In this document: positions 62,774-64,000 of the stretch, piece after piece
How the letters are laid out: each line of letters begins with the position of its first letter
Position numbering within the stretch: the stretch's first letter is position 1
Translations under genes and position numbers: made by a program
Assembly (NCBI GenBank): GCA_965208125.1
Contig: OZ242320.1
Location: 3,862,482-3,926,481 of the forward strand
DNA length: 64,000 bases
Direction: 5' to 3'
Source of the DNA: Candidatus Latescibacterota bacterium
GTDB lineage: Bacteria; Latescibacterota; UBA2968
Notes under the pieces: model-generated
What the model was told of the DNA's origin: nothing
Seen by the model: the letters and a program-made list of their open reading frames with translations, nothing else
The model's database searches: none

Positions 62774-63192
62774 GACGACGTTTTTTACAGCGCGCGGTGG
62801 CCGAAGCCGAAGCGCACGACGTGAGCAAAGAGTTGTTCCTGGGCATTATGATGTTGATGCTGTGCCTGGGGATTATGATTTTGAATGTGTCACAGCCCGT
62901 GTGGCGCGTCTATCACCACAATCCCGAACCGGGAGATGTGGTGATTTTATATACTTCCAGAGGTCTGGCGTTTTCAGAAGATGGACGATCTGCAACACGC
63001 AGTTTGGGACCGGGCGAGTTTCGCAAAACAGTAAATGATCTGGTTGCAGAACCCGATCGGCATTTGCATCTGTTTCTGAAGGGGGGCAGCCGAGAGCGTA
63101 TGGTGAATGACGCGGCTTATGCAGATTCTCTTTTGTCTGCTGGCACAGCGGGTCAAAAGGTGCGCCCCGCCGTATATGTGCATCTGTGGTAA
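62770..63192 (+). CDS. ExbD/TolR-like single-pass partner protein
   Basis: GTG 62770 overlaps the previous stop (GTGA); ATG 62737 is the alternative. A basic N-terminus, one TM (LFLGIMMLMLCLGIMIL) and a ~100-aa periplasmic domain with an ExbD-like pattern (HLHLFLKGGSRERM…SLLSAG). Confidence 0.5.
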   Translation: MRRRFLQRAVAEAEAHDVSKELFLGIMMLMLCLGIMILNVSQPVWRVYHHNPEPGDVVILYTSRGLAFSEDGRSATRSLGPGEFRKTVNDLVAEPDRHLHLFLKGGSRERMVNDAAYADSLLSAGTAGQKVRPAVYVHLW

Positions 63193-63218
63193 ATCGCAAT
63201 ATTTCAATATTAAACAAC

Positions 63219-63250
63219 AACCCCGGTAGTAGTATCACTGGGGTTTTGTG
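63219..63250. terminator. hairpin between convergent genes (possible bidirectional terminator)
   Basis: AACCCCGGT (63219-63227) pairs with ACTGGGGTT (63237-63245) with one G-U pair, and the flanks are T-rich on both strands. It overlaps the stop of the minus-strand gene. Confidence 0.45.
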
Positions 63251-63795
63251 TTTCGTTTATCGCGTTCATCTTTGTATTTCTGCATAAAGTACTCAAAAGA
63301 GGTATTCTTACTCGACGCCGTTTCTCGATCAAATAACTTCATGATCTCCTGCATAAAATCTATTCTTGAGTCGAATCTCTCTGGTATCATACTATCAAAC
63401 TGTTCTTTTGAAATACGATCTGTTTTGTTGAAGCCTTTCCGCATTCTGATTTGACGGCGAGAATCATCATTTAGCCCAGCGAGATACCAACTTTCTATTT
63501 CCCGACGCACGATTAAAATTCGATCCTCTGATAGCTTCTCAAACTGGGATGTAATCCACTCTTTCTTGGCTGTCACGCAGGGGGAATCGTCCATGTCCGC
63601 TACAAAAATGTAATCGGCGTACGGCATAGAATTGATACTATTCAGGAAACCATTTACCTTTTTTAATTTTTGCTGACTATATTTCCAAAGAGAGACGTGA
63701 TCACAAATTTGTTTATACAGGGGGCTGATTACGCGATCAAAGAATCGTTCATCGTCGTCTCCTTCTATGAGAATAAAGAGCCTCCGATACGCCAA
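63235..63795 (-). CDS. small Toprim-fold protein (DUF4276/RloB-AbiLii/AriB-like)
   Basis: N-terminal RRLFILIEGDDDERFFDRVISPLY fits the EGxx[DE]ExF motif of DUF4276/RloB-type Toprim proteins. A later acidic cluster (FVADMDDSP) is DxD-like. I prefer the TTG at 63795, 1 nt after the upstream stop; the listed start is 63834. Confidence 0.6.
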   Translation of the reverse strand: MAYRRLFILIEGDDDERFFDRVISPLYKQICDHVSLWKYSQQKLKKVNGFLNSINSMPYADYIFVADMDDSPCVTAKKEWITSQFEKLSEDRILIVRREIESWYLAGLNDDSRRQIRMRKGFNKTDRISKEQFDSMIPERFDSRIDFMQEIMKLFDRETASSKNTSFEYFMQKYKDERDKRNTKPQ

Positions 63796-63796
63796 C

Positions 63797-64000
63797 CTAT
63801 ACCTCCAACAAGTTCTGGATAAATAGATCGTCAATACCTATTTCATTTTTCAAGAAAATTTTGATTTCATCACTATCCGCTGGCTTTGTTATCTTGGAAA
63901 ATCCTTCATCGTCTCTCGTTATGAGCAAGATATTCTCCAGATCTGCCTGTTTAACCATTTCTGGATTATGAGTTGTTGCCAGTATCTGTTTACTTCTTGA
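63797..64000 (-). CDS. partial CDS (5' end outside window): C-terminus of an ABC/AAA_21-type ATPase
   Basis: This ORF is not in the supplied track. The minus-strand frame is open from nt 64000 and reads SRSKQILATTHNPEMVKQADLENILLITRDDEGFSKI…NLLEV, with the stop at 63799-63797. ILATTHNPEM is the H-loop region typical of AAA_15/AAA_21 ATPases. Confidence 0.55.
   Translation of the reverse strand, partial: SRSKQILATTHNPEMVKQADLENILLITRDDEGFSKITKPADSDEIKIFLKNEIGIDDLFIQNLLEV

Noticed and set aside
1-64000. Search for CRISPR arrays, tRNA/rRNA genes, IS elements, integrases and long direct or terminal repeats
   Set aside because: No regularly spaced repeats, no tRNA-like T-arm/acceptor patterns in the intergenic DNA, and no transposase or integrase motifs were seen. 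The only long similarity is between the two diverged membrane-protein paralogs, which are protein-coding duplicates and not mobile-element repeats.

Overview
This 64-kb window looks like it comes from an uncultivated Gram-negative bacterium. Shine-Dalgarno sites are used throughout. A T9SS-type C-terminal sorting domain and a PorV-like barrel suggest an FCB-type envelope, but the taxon cannot be fixed from here. I saw no rRNA, tRNA, CRISPR array, transposase or integrase. About 48 tightly packed protein genes fall into four blocks. (i) 1-3.9 kb holds a galactonate-dehydratase-like enolase, a CPBP protease and a GC-rich Ldh_2 oxidoreductase. (ii) 4.1-30.8 kb starts with a sigma-54 enhancer-binding protein that carries a duplicated AAA+ module (one active, one degenerate). 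It is followed by a sigma-54-type promoter and a 15-gene, ~24.7-kb co-directional array. That array encodes an atypical orphan receiver, an OMP barrel, a TonB-dependent receptor, a T9SS-CTD surface protein and a PorV-like barrel. It also encodes two paralogous ~650-aa polytopic membrane proteins of unrecognised family, two ceramidase-like Zn-amidases, a leaderless sulfatase, a DUF3604/PHP-like protein, M81 and S15 peptidases, and hydantoinase B/A. (iii) 30.9-48.5 kb is a visibly GC-richer 9-gene array on the opposite strand. It has two more hydantoinase A/B pairs (one HyuB fused to a class-I aminotransferase), two more ceramidase-like genes, a threonine-aldolase-like gene, an adenylate-forming ligase and a 990-aa glycosidase-like protein. 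(iv) 48.7-60.8 kb holds genes of sulfated amino-sugar/uronate catabolic type. These are followed by a translationally coupled ExbB/ExbD-like module with an unusual third partner. At the right edge is an ATPase + Toprim (DUF4276/AbiL/PARIS-like) defence-type pair. The best candidates for undescribed biology are the recurring hydantoinase A/B + ceramidase-like + unknown-permease catabolic system under sigma-54 control, the tandem-AAA+ activator, the HyuB-aminotransferase fusion and the ExbBD-like triad. All family calls are by-eye motif recognition without database searches. Substrates are unknown.
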